Part shown: positions 9,280 through 16,733 of the stretch, in pieces
Layout of the letters: each line of letters starts with the position of its first letter
Numbering within the stretch: position 1 is the stretch's first letter
Virus record (IMG/VR): IMGVR_UViG_3300049259_000057
Location: 1 to 62,051 of that record
Reading direction: 5' to 3' (one strand)
Source of the DNA: a virus
Taxonomy: Duplodnaviria; Caudoviricetes
Length of the DNA: 62,051 nt
The notes under the pieces: generated by a model
The model's database searches: none
What the model was told of the DNA's origin: nothing
Seen by the model: the letters and a program-made list of their open reading frames with translations, nothing else
Position numbers and translations under genes: made by a program

Positions 9280-9716
9280 CAATCGAAACACTGGACGAGC
9301 AACACGCGACAGAAGTAGCCACGTTTCTGAAAACCTATGCCTATGTGAACTGTCGCGGCCTGTGTCATCCCTACACGACGCCGCTCAATGAGTGGGTGGC
9401 AGACGGTTCCGGACTGTCACTGGTGTGGCAGAAAACCCGACTCTGTCCTGAATGCGGCCTAGAACGCATCGACCGAATGAACGCACGGTTCAAACCACTC
9501 AAGCCCCTCTATAAGTATCCGGATGGCTACAAATCGGAACCGGGGCTCGCGATCAGCCGTACCGATGTACGCATTTTCGAGATTCAACAGGCACAGGCCA
9601 GGCACAAGTCAGCGTCGACGCGGGCCGCTCGTCCAGCGAAGGCCGCGAAGAAACCGGCGGCACCCGCGCGCCGTGCCACGGCCACCAAGAAAACCCGATC
9701 CCGGGCCGCCTCGTGA
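9276..9716 (+). CDS. Hypothetical Zn-ribbon protein with histone-like basic tail
   Basis: CRGLCH...CPECG; C-terminal PAKAAKKPAAPARR. Confidence 0.75.
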   Translation: MTIETLDEQHATEVATFLKTYAYVNCRGLCHPYTTPLNEWVADGSGLSLVWQKTRLCPECGLERIDRMNARFKPLKPLYKYPDGYKSEPGLAISRTDVRIFEIQQAQARHKSASTRAARPAKAAKKPAAPARRATATKKTRSRAAS

Positions 9717-9940
9717 TGCGTTGGTGGCGTCGGTGTCGACTACGTACCGTGCCGCGCGCCGACGTACGCGTCACCCGACCGGATGGCCGCGCGCTGCCGG
9801 TGCGTTACGAACGGGGTGCCTCCTCGTCCGGGCACGTGTGGACAGCGGTAGTACAGATACCCCGGTCGCGGCAAGACGTCGCGGTGTCGGTCGATGTGCG
9901 GTCGCCGCGTACAGCGGTGCGACTAGAGACGGAATGGTGA
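9713..9940 (+). CDS. Hypothetical protein
   Basis: Overlaps both neighbours. Confidence 0.45.
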   Translation: MMRWWRRCRLRTVPRADVRVTRPDGRALPVRYERGASSSGHVWTAVVQIPRSRQDVAVSVDVRSPRTAVRLETEW

Positions 9941-10314
9941 TGACGGACGACCGGGCCACCGAAGTGGCGCCTTCGCCGCCGGGTGACACGTTGCGCGAGA
10001 CACTGGCCGCGCTGGACATGAGCCAAGCCGAGCTAGCGCGACGAACAGGCATCTCAACGAAACATATCAACCAGATCACCCAAGGTCTGATCGGTATCAG
10101 CCATCAGGTCGCGTTGCAATTGGAGTCGGCGCTGGGCATTCCGGCACGGTTCTGGTGTGCGCTGGAAACCGAGTATCAATTGCATGTCCTACGCCACCGT
10201 GGCAAACAGCCGGTAGCGAAGTCGCCTCACGATGTGGTGGCACATTTGACAACGGCCGGATTGGTGGCGAGCGCTCGTCTACTGGACGGCATGATTCCGC
10301 AGGGGCGCCCGTGA
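9940..10314 (+). CDS. HigA-family antitoxin-like XRE HTH protein
   Basis: PPGDTLRETL..MSQAELARRTGISTKHINQI..G..IS..VALQLESALG.PARFW..LE..YQL. Confidence 0.85.
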   Translation: MTDDRATEVAPSPPGDTLRETLAALDMSQAELARRTGISTKHINQITQGLIGISHQVALQLESALGIPARFWCALETEYQLHVLRHRGKQPVAKSPHDVVAHLTTAGLVASARLLDGMIPQGRP

Positions 10315-10586
10315 CGACGCTACGACATGAAATCGCGGTCGCCGCGCGGCAACACGCCTGTGTGCTGACACTGCTGGTGGTGCGCCGCGTCCTGCGGGTG
10401 GCGATCAGGACAAGCCAATGGTCACTCGCGGCGGGTGCGGTGTTGTCTCGGTGGGCCGGTGACGAGCCCGCGCTACCTTCTCCTGACCCCCAGGCGGCCC
10501 CGGTGAGGCTGGCAGCCGGCGGGCGACACAGTCTCCGCAAACCTGCCCCGTGTGGCTCGATACGGTCCCTACGGCGACGGGGGTGA
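10311..10586 (+). CDS. Hypothetical protein
   Basis: GTGA overlap; fills the gap between genes. Confidence 0.4.
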   Translation: MTTLRHEIAVAARQHACVLTLLVVRRVLRVAIRTSQWSLAAGAVLSRWAGDEPALPSPDPQAAPVRLAAGGRHSLRKPAPCGSIRSLRRRG

Positions 10587-10589
10587 CAC

Positions 10590-10847
10590 GTGAGCACACC
10601 ACGGCCCCGTCATAACGTGAACTGGGCGAAGCTGGCCGCTGATCTGGACACGGCCTGTCGTACCCGGTTGCTGTCGCGACGCAATGCAGCACGCGAGATC
10701 GGCATGGCGTCCAGCGGTCTCAGCAAGCTAGATCACGGCCACCGCTTGTCGGCTGACACACTGGCCGCCCTCGTGGCGTGGCTCTATCCGGATGCCGTCC
10801 CGGATTGGATCACCGACCACTGGCCACCGGGGACGCCACATGAATGA
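10590..10847 (+). CDS. HTH protein
   Basis: LSRRNAAREIGMASSGLSKLDHG. Confidence 0.75.
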   Translation: MSTPRPRHNVNWAKLAADLDTACRTRLLSRRNAAREIGMASSGLSKLDHGHRLSADTLAALVAWLYPDAVPDWITDHWPPGTPHE

Positions 10848-11631
10848 CGAGGAGTCGGCAAGGCAACTGGTGGACGCTGCCGCTCTGATCGCCGAGTTTC
10901 ACGAACGGTGGTCGGTCAACGGATTCCGTTCGTGGTCAGGCAAACAGCTAGAGCGACTCGCGGACAGCGCGCACGGTCAGCCAGACACCCAGGGGCGAAA
11001 CCCTTACTGGGATATCATCCGTCAGTTCCCACTGGACGACGTGAGCAGCCCGTGGGGCTACCATGCCGTTGCGGTCTCACCGACACCGGGACTGAGTAAG
11101 GGCTATCCCCAGCTTGTGACCCGCCATGATCTGGTGTGGACGTACGCTTGGGCTATTCCGACACCGGCTGACATTCGGTGGCTCACCCAGCGTCTAGCCG
11201 GCCGGTCCGTGGTGGAGATCGGCGCGGGCACCGGCTATTGGGCGTGGCAACTGTCGCAAGCGGACGTCGATGTCCTGGCGTTTGATATCCGTACGGGCAG
11301 CGATGACAACCCGTGGTGTCAGCCGATTCAGTATCACCCGGTGCACCAGGGCGGCCCGGACAAGGCCAGCGAATATCCGACGCGGGCGCTACTGTTGTGT
11401 TGGCCGCCCTACAGCAGTCCCATGGCTGCGGATGCCTTGCGCGTCTACAACGGTGACGTCGTGGTGTACGTGGGCGAATCAAGCGGCGGGTGTTGCGCGG
11501 ATGACGAGTTTTTCATGTTGCTGGATAAGGATTGGGACGAGATCGGCGTGAGCCCGCAGCACGTCACTTATTCAGCGATTCATTGTTCTCTGACGGTCTA
11601 CCGGCGCAAGGGTGCGGAGGTGCGACGATGA
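10840..11631 (+). CDS. Class I SAM-dependent methyltransferase-like protein
   Basis: VVEIGAGTGYWA motif I, VLAFD, LLLCWPPY, VVYVGE. Confidence 0.8.
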   Translation: MNDEESARQLVDAAALIAEFHERWSVNGFRSWSGKQLERLADSAHGQPDTQGRNPYWDIIRQFPLDDVSSPWGYHAVAVSPTPGLSKGYPQLVTRHDLVWTYAWAIPTPADIRWLTQRLAGRSVVEIGAGTGYWAWQLSQADVDVLAFDIRTGSDDNPWCQPIQYHPVHQGGPDKASEYPTRALLLCWPPYSSPMAADALRVYNGDVVVYVGESSGGCCADDEFFMLLDKDWDEIGVSPQHVTYSAIHCSLTVYRRKGAEVRR

Positions 11632-12080
11632 GGCCGCTCACCTCCTACCACGAACTGATCAGCGTTCTGGAAAACCTGCCGATGCTGGTCCTGGAAACCC
11701 GCCGTCGCCAGGGGCTCACATTGCGGGAGGCAGCCGAGAAAACCGGTGTGTCCACTAACAGTCTGAACAGGTTCGAGCGCGGCAAAAGCGGCATCCATTC
11801 GGATGGGTTGCTGTTGCTGCTGAAGTTCGTCAGCGACCAGGCCACGACGCCACCCGATCCCGATCCGGAACGCGACGCGGTCAACCGATTGGCCCGTGTC
11901 GGTGAGCTGCACACCCACGGAATCAACGCTGACGGTGTCCTGATGGGCATATGCATGGAGTGCGGCCGCGCCTGGCCGTGTGCCACGTATCAATGGGTCA
12001 CCGACGCCGACCGTGACCCGCTGGACTGGTGGACCGCAGGCGACGGTAGCGACGATAACGAGGAGGTGACGCCAACATGA
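11628..12080 (+). CDS. XRE HTH fused to a Cys/His Zn-binding module
   Basis: RRRQGLTLREAAEKTGVSTNSLNRFERG plus H...CMECGRAWPCAT. Confidence 0.82.
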   Translation: MRPLTSYHELISVLENLPMLVLETRRRQGLTLREAAEKTGVSTNSLNRFERGKSGIHSDGLLLLLKFVSDQATTPPDPDPERDAVNRLARVGELHTHGINADGVLMGICMECGRAWPCATYQWVTDADRDPLDWWTAGDGSDDNEEVTPT

Positions 12081-12361
12081 TGGGTCTGCCATCCCGCATG
12101 GCCCCCGGAAGCGCTGCCGCGCGCATGGTCGGGTGTCGCTGTCCGGCGGCACCTAATGCAGATGGACTCGGTTATCAGGGTGGCCGACGCGACGCCTGCG
12201 GAGAAATCCTGTACGTCATCGATATTCGGTGCCAGATTCACGCCCCCGGTGCGGAGATGGCGCGTCGCGTCGGTTGTACGTGTCCAGCGGCGAGTGATAG
12301 CGCGTGGTCCACTCAGGTGGAACCGGGGTGTCCGGTGCACAGTCCCGGGGGGCGCTCGTGA
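12077..12361 (+). CDS. Small Cys-rich protein with internal repeat
   Basis: APGSAAARMVGCRCP..CQIH / APGAEMARRVGCTCP..CPVH. Confidence 0.7.
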   Translation: MMGLPSRMAPGSAAARMVGCRCPAAPNADGLGYQGGRRDACGEILYVIDIRCQIHAPGAEMARRVGCTCPAASDSAWSTQVEPGCPVHSPGGRS

Positions 12362-12699
12362 ATGGCCTGTATTTCGGCCAGCCCTGGGCGCCCGGGCTGC
12401 ACCAGGGGGCGACGCGCATCGGAACCCCGGTCGGTGACGTATGTCTACAGTGCACAGAACCGGTGGTGGCTGCGGACCGGGGTTCGATCACCTCGGGTGT
12501 CCTGCTGAAACCAGGCGCCGGGTTGCAATTCACACTCGCCCCGGTGCACATGGAATGTCAGTTGCGTGTCGCGGTCGGCACCCTGGCGCACCTGGTCGGC
12601 GGTCACGCGCCGTGGCGTGGTTCGTTTCGCATGGAGTCACGGGCGGTGCTGGCCGAGGTGAACCGGGTCCGGCAATGCCACGGAATAGGGCCGCTGTGA
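12358..12699 (+). CDS. Hypothetical protein
   Basis: GTGA overlap; CLQC...HMEC. Confidence 0.65.
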   Translation: MNGLYFGQPWAPGLHQGATRIGTPVGDVCLQCTEPVVAADRGSITSGVLLKPGAGLQFTLAPVHMECQLRVAVGTLAHLVGGHAPWRGSFRMESRAVLAEVNRVRQCHGIGPL

Positions 12700-12923
12700 G
12701 CCGGCCGTGGTGGGAGATTGACCCGAAGGACGCTACCAGCATCGTGTTACCGGCAGAGGGGATCGTGGGGCCGTTGACGATGGAAGGTGAACCGTGTCCG
12801 TGGCCATGGGAACCGCAACAACTGAGAGGCGTTCCGTTGGGCCAGTACCACTGTGGGTATTGCGGTGAAATGGTCATGGCCGGCATGTTTCATCTTGACT
12901 ACCGCGACGAGGTGATCTCATGA
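12696..12923 (+). CDS. Small hypothetical Zn-binding protein
   Basis: CPWP...HCGYCG...H. Confidence 0.65.
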   Translation: MSRPWWEIDPKDATSIVLPAEGIVGPLTMEGEPCPWPWEPQQLRGVPLGQYHCGYCGEMVMAGMFHLDYRDEVIS

Positions 12924-13132
12924 CGGAACAGCCGGAACCACCAGGCGGTCTACGGGTGTCCTATCCAGATGGACATGTTGAGCCGATGGACTGTACCTAC
13001 ATGGGCCGTGACAAGTTCGGCCTACACCAGTGGATTTGTTATCTACCGTCGGCAGCGAACGGTCTCCTGGTGGATGTTCTGATGGATACGTTGCCGCCGT
13101 ACACCGAGTTGACAATTCGGGGGCCACGGTGA
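12920..13132 (+). CDS. Hypothetical protein
   Basis: GAGGTG SD and ATGA overlap. Confidence 0.6.
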   Translation: MTEQPEPPGGLRVSYPDGHVEPMDCTYMGRDKFGLHQWICYLPSAANGLLVDVLMDTLPPYTELTIRGPR

Positions 13133-13449
13133 CAGCGCCAGACGAACCCCGAATTCATGAGACCGGCACGGCCTATAACCGGAAATGTCGTTGTGAGACG
13201 TGCGTGCTGTCACACCGGGCGCGCGTGATCAACGCACGGGACAGACGCGCAGCTCGGCGGGAGTTGATCGATGGACGATGGGTCGCGCCGTTACCGGCAG
13301 AATCGCACGGTAAAGCAACAACGTATGTCAACCATCGGTGCCGCTGTGAACCGTGCGTGACAGCCAATGCCAAGAAAAGCGCCAAACGGCGGGAACGGTA
13401 CCGGCGGTTACCGCGTGACAGCTTACCCAGCGAGAAGGGGCGCCCGTGA
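13129..13449 (+). CDS. Basic protein with two H...Y...CRC..C Zn motifs
   Basis: HETGTAYNRKCRCETC and HGKATTYVNHRCRCEPC. Confidence 0.75.
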   Translation: MTAPDEPRIHETGTAYNRKCRCETCVLSHRARVINARDRRAARRELIDGRWVAPLPAESHGKATTYVNHRCRCEPCVTANAKKSAKRRERYRRLPRDSLPSEKGRP

Positions 13450-13584
13450 TCGCACAACAGCTTGATTGGCAAGGCCAACACGAGCAACGCCAGCGGGAAG
13501 ATCCGAGCCATGATCGTTCGCCCTGTGCGTGTTGCTGCATCGACTGTTCCGATCTTTTCGAATCACTAGAAGGAAGTGCGACGA

Positions 13585-13854
13585 ATGACTCTCGCGACAC
13601 TCCAGCCGAAACCGAGCACTGACCCGTCTCCTGCGCACACCATGGAGGTGTGCACGCCTAAGCGTCAAGACACGGTGACCTGGTCACTGGACAACCCGCG
13701 TTCAGTCGATACGGCCCGCGAGGTGTTCGAACTACGCGTGAAACAGGGGTACCTTGCGTACACAGTGGGAGCGACGGGCGAAGGTGACGCCATCCGCGAA
13801 TTCACGCCCGACGCCACTCGCATCGTGTTGCACCACCCCGTCTCAGGCGGCTAG
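13585..13854 (+). CDS. Small protein with C-terminal di-glycine (…HHPVSGG)
   Basis: AGAAGGAAG SD; stop directly after GG. Confidence 0.8.
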   Translation: MTLATLQPKPSTDPSPAHTMEVCTPKRQDTVTWSLDNPRSVDTAREVFELRVKQGYLAYTVGATGEGDAIREFTPDATRIVLHHPVSGG

Positions 13855-13856
13855 CG

Positions 13857-14210
13857 GTGGATTGGTACAGCATAGATCACGCGTGGCCACTGCACGCCTA
13901 TGTGCGGCGGCAAGAGCGTGATCCGGCCGCAACAGACCAGGCGGAACGTCTCTTACTGTCCCTCCTGACACCAGCCGAACGGAAGCGATACCGGTCATGT
14001 CGCGAGATCATGGTGACGGGGTCCATCGGTGGCCTGTGGTTAATCCAATACGGCTATGTCGGCAATGTGTATCACCTACCGGACATGACCCCGTGGTGCG
14101 CACACCCGCCGATGAAAGGCGCCCCCGTTGAAACGGCCATGATCGCGCAATGGCTCACGCTGACACATGACGAGCCCGAGTTTATCGCTGTCGCGAACTG
14201 TAATCCGTAA
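13857..14210 (+). CDS. Hypothetical protein with WCAHP motif, coupled to the GG protein
   Basis: 2-nt gap; AERLLLSLLTP...GNV...WCAHP...MIAQ.L.L..DE..F...AN. Confidence 0.75.
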   Translation: MDWYSIDHAWPLHAYVRRQERDPAATDQAERLLLSLLTPAERKRYRSCREIMVTGSIGGLWLIQYGYVGNVYHLPDMTPWCAHPPMKGAPVETAMIAQWLTLTHDEPEFIAVANCNP

Positions 14211-14252
14211 CTGATGCCGCCCTTTGACAATTTGACAGGGCAACACAAACGT

Positions 14253-14382
14253 GCCGCCGGGTGAGTCGCGCAACCTGGCGGCTGAACGGTTCCCATTCCC
14301 TTTCGCGTGGGGTGGGGGGTATGGGGCCGTTCAACGAGGGAACGGGGGTCGGCTGGGCCCTCCCTGGGCTGGCCCCCGTTCC
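14253..14382 (+). ncRNA. Three tandem hairpins, last loop CCCTCCC
   Basis: Stems 14253-62/14273-82, 14283-96/14321-33, 14339-54/14367-82; tandem TTTGACA upstream at 14223-14237. Confidence 0.55.
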
Positions 14383-14414
14383 GCTATCCGCATCCAACCA
14401 GAGGGGGGCTGCTG

Positions 14415-14612
14415 ATGTATGTGACAGATCCGCCCTGCCCGTTCTGCGGCCACCATGGCGTGCACGTGTACCGGTTGCCGCTCGGCGATGGACCCCCGTT
14501 GCTGTCCTGGGTGTGTTTCGAGTGCGACGCTTACGGCCGCGCGCGTGCCCCGGTGGGGTTCCAATGGCCGGACAACGATCCGGACGAGGATGATCTAGAC
14601 GATGAGCAGTGA
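14415..14612 (+). CDS. Small Zn-ribbon protein
   Basis: GAGGGGG SD; CPFCG...CFEC; acidic tail. Confidence 0.7.
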   Translation: MYVTDPPCPFCGHHGVHVYRLPLGDGPPLLSWVCFECDAYGRARAPVGFQWPDNDPDEDDLDDEQ

Positions 14613-14625
14613 CGAGGACACGCCA

Positions 14626-14664
14626 CGGCCCCCGTGCCAACCGGTGGGCTGACGACGGGGGCCG
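14626..14664. terminator. Stem-loop between convergent genes
   Basis: CGGCCCCCGT / ACGGGGGCCG. Confidence 0.55.
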
Positions 14665-14677
14665 CGAGGAGGAGACG

Positions 14678-14863
14678 TTACATGAGTTGACCCTCACGGA
14701 TGGCGGCTTGGCACAGTGACCATGCCACTACACTAAAAAGCAGTTCGCCATCGTTGGGAGCCTTGCTATCTCGAACGCCCGTTTCCGCGTCCATTACAGC
14801 AACCTCTACACATTCGTTGCCACCGCCACTGTAACTACTCGTGCGCCATACCCTTTTCGGCAT
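14678..14863 (-). CDS. DUF397-domain protein
   Basis: WRTSSYSGGGNECVEVA...VRDSKAP...L.F...AW signature. Confidence 0.93.
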   Translation of the reverse strand: MPKRVWRTSSYSGGGNECVEVAVMDAETGVRDSKAPNDGELLFSVVAWSLCQAAIREGQLM

Positions 14864-15728
14864 AATTCCGTCCCTTTAGTTCAGCAATCCGAGCCCGTAT
14901 CAGCGCCTCCGACTCCGCAGTGGATAGCGCCTGGGCTGTTGTGTCATTGAACATGGCACTGAACTTATCAATAGTCTCCTTGTCGTCGATCCATTCTCCA
15001 CCGCCTTGATATTCCAGATAAATAGAATCAGGCGGAGTATCGAACCCCAGAATAATCATCGGGCCGGACATGGTGCCATAGGCGCCGGCGTCCTCGTGGA
15101 CTACCTGAATCGTGACGTTATCTTCCTGTCCGGCCACCAGGAGATGCTCCAACTGGTTGACCATGACAGAAGGACTGCCTACCACTCGACGAATGACGCC
15201 CTCGTCTATTAGCGCGTGCAAGACCAGGGGCTCTGGTCCGGACAACAATTGCTGGCGTGCCAATCGAGCGGCAGTCGCCTTGGCCGCGTCAACTGTAGGA
15301 TCTACGATTCTTCGCGATGCGTGATGAACAGCAGCCGCATAGTCTCCAGTCTGCAATAGTCCAGGCATCGCCGTTGGCTGCAATGTCCGCTCAATGGATG
15401 CATCGGCTTCCGATCGCAAGAAGGCGCGGAACTTAGGGGGAACAGCAGACGAGCCCTGAATCTTCCGACTGTCTTGCTTCGCGTCTTGCCAGTAGCTCCC
15501 GATCTCGCGTCGTTGTTCGTCGGTTGCACCGAAATAAACCAACATCGCAGTAAGTTCAGCGAACGCGCACAGGTTGTGGCCATTCTCGTACTTTGACACC
15601 TGTGCCGCTGTCTTCTGAAGTAGGTCGGCCACGTCCTGCACCGTGATCACGGGGTCATGGTGAGCCTTCCGAAGAGCGGCGAGCGCCTGTCCGACTCGTC
15701 GCTTGCGTCTGGTGGGCGTACTCGGCAT
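14835..15728 (-). CDS. XRE HTH plus DUF5753 regulator (WhiJ/Scr1-like)
   Basis: N-terminal HTH; MPGLLQTGDYA, LIDEGVIRRVVG, QLEHLL, VTIQV, YLE; overlaps the DUF397 gene. Confidence 0.92.
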   Translation of the reverse strand: MPSTPTRRKRRVGQALAALRKAHHDPVITVQDVADLLQKTAAQVSKYENGHNLCAFAELTAMLVYFGATDEQRREIGSYWQDAKQDSRKIQGSSAVPPKFRAFLRSEADASIERTLQPTAMPGLLQTGDYAAAVHHASRRIVDPTVDAAKATAARLARQQLLSGPEPLVLHALIDEGVIRRVVGSPSVMVNQLEHLLVAGQEDNVTIQVVHEDAGAYGTMSGPMIILGFDTPPDSIYLEYQGGGEWIDDKETIDKFSAMFNDTTAQALSTAESEALIRARIAELKGRNYAEKGMAHE

Positions 15729-15756
15729 GAGACACACACTAGCCGTAGTCGGGCCA

Positions 15757-15816
15757 GGGAGAACAGTCACCCGATCTATGTAGTGCGGGAGAACAATCTC
15801 CCCTGTACTGTCTCCC
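15757..15816. promoter_or_regulatory. Operator-like repeats in the divergent promoter region
   Basis: GGGAGAACAGTCACCC (15757-72) and GGGAGAACAATCTCCC (15787-802), 30 bp apart; TACTGT -10-like hexamer at about 15806. Confidence 0.6.
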
Positions 15817-15818
15817 TT

Positions 15819-16288
15819 GCTGACGGGGTCACGGCGTACCGGTCGCGGGCAAGGCTCCGTCCCGACCTGCGGATCGGTGTCCGCCGCCGTTGACCCCGTC
15901 AGCCCTAGACGCGGCCTGGCAGCCGCTACCCGGTCCCTACGTCCGGAGGTGAGCACGACATGTGTGCACACGCGGTGTTCGCGTGGCTACGTGCCGACGC
16001 CCCTCACGCTGCCAGGCCGCTGACACGACGGCGGGGGCGGTCCCTCCTCCCCGATAGCCCCCGTCGTCGTGTCACCAGCACCACGCCCCCGTGGGGACGC
16101 CAGACCAGGCCCCGGGGGACTCAGGGCAGGAACCACCAGGCGCGAGCGTCCGCAGGGAATGCCCTCCCTCCCCGGGCGCCCCTGGTGGGCTTCCTGCCGG
16201 GCGATGGGCTGCCAGTCCAGCCGTCCGCCCCGGGACGCGGCCGGGGGCCACATCGGTCGTCCGCACCGATGGCCCCTGGCCGTGTCCC
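15819..16288 (+). ncRNA. Array of about six long back-to-back hairpins with C/U-rich loops
   Basis: Inverted repeats 15819-31/15891-903, 15911-23/16008-20, 16021-38/16057-74, 16125-40/16181-98, 16199-230, 16232-57/16265-88. Confidence 0.65.
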
Positions 16289-16385
16289 TCTCTTACGGCA
16301 ACGCGCCGTGGCTATTCCTGTAATCGCCCGTGGCGCATCCCGTTACCCGGATTCATGGTGACCGCCTACACGAGGTGAAAGTAAA

Positions 16386-16733
16386 ATGTTGTCCGGACAT
16401 GCGCATGGCCTAGAGCTGGCCATTGAGTGGCTCGGTACCGCTGTGGTGATCGGCTGGATTGTGTGGCTACTCATTACCGGCCGCGACAAGCGGGCGCAGA
16501 TGGAGGCCGAAGCCGAATGGCACCAGGTACACGCCATGGTGCTGGCTGACGATTGGGCCGACACGCGGTACGGGATACCGAGCTACCTGGACAGTCCCGA
16601 GCTACGCGCCAAGGTGATGATGCGTCGTACCCAGGAAGCGGCACGGGTTGCCGACCGTGAACGCCGGCCGGTCGTCCACCACGCCCAGTGTCAGCACGCG
16701 GCGGCCCACCAGGGGCAGGGACAGGCGTCGTGA
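16386..16733 (+). CDS. Membrane-anchored hypothetical protein
   Basis: GAGGTG SD; N-terminal TM. Confidence 0.65.
   Translation: MLSGHAHGLELAIEWLGTAVVIGWIVWLLITGRDKRAQMEAEAEWHQVHAMVLADDWADTRYGIPSYLDSPELRAKVMMRRTQEAARVADRERRPVVHHAQCQHAAAHQGQGQAS

Noticed and set aside
9713-9940. HigB toxin upstream of HigA
   Set aside because: No RelE/HigB-like motifs recognisable.
15819-16288. CRISPR array or type III antitoxin repeat array
   Set aside because: No sequence-identical direct repeats with spacers; the units are unrelated inverted repeats.
15960-16361. 133-aa ORF with GGAGG SD inside the hairpin array
   Set aside because: Arg/Pro/Gly-rich, low-information translation running through long stems; not called a CDS, although leader translation is not excluded.
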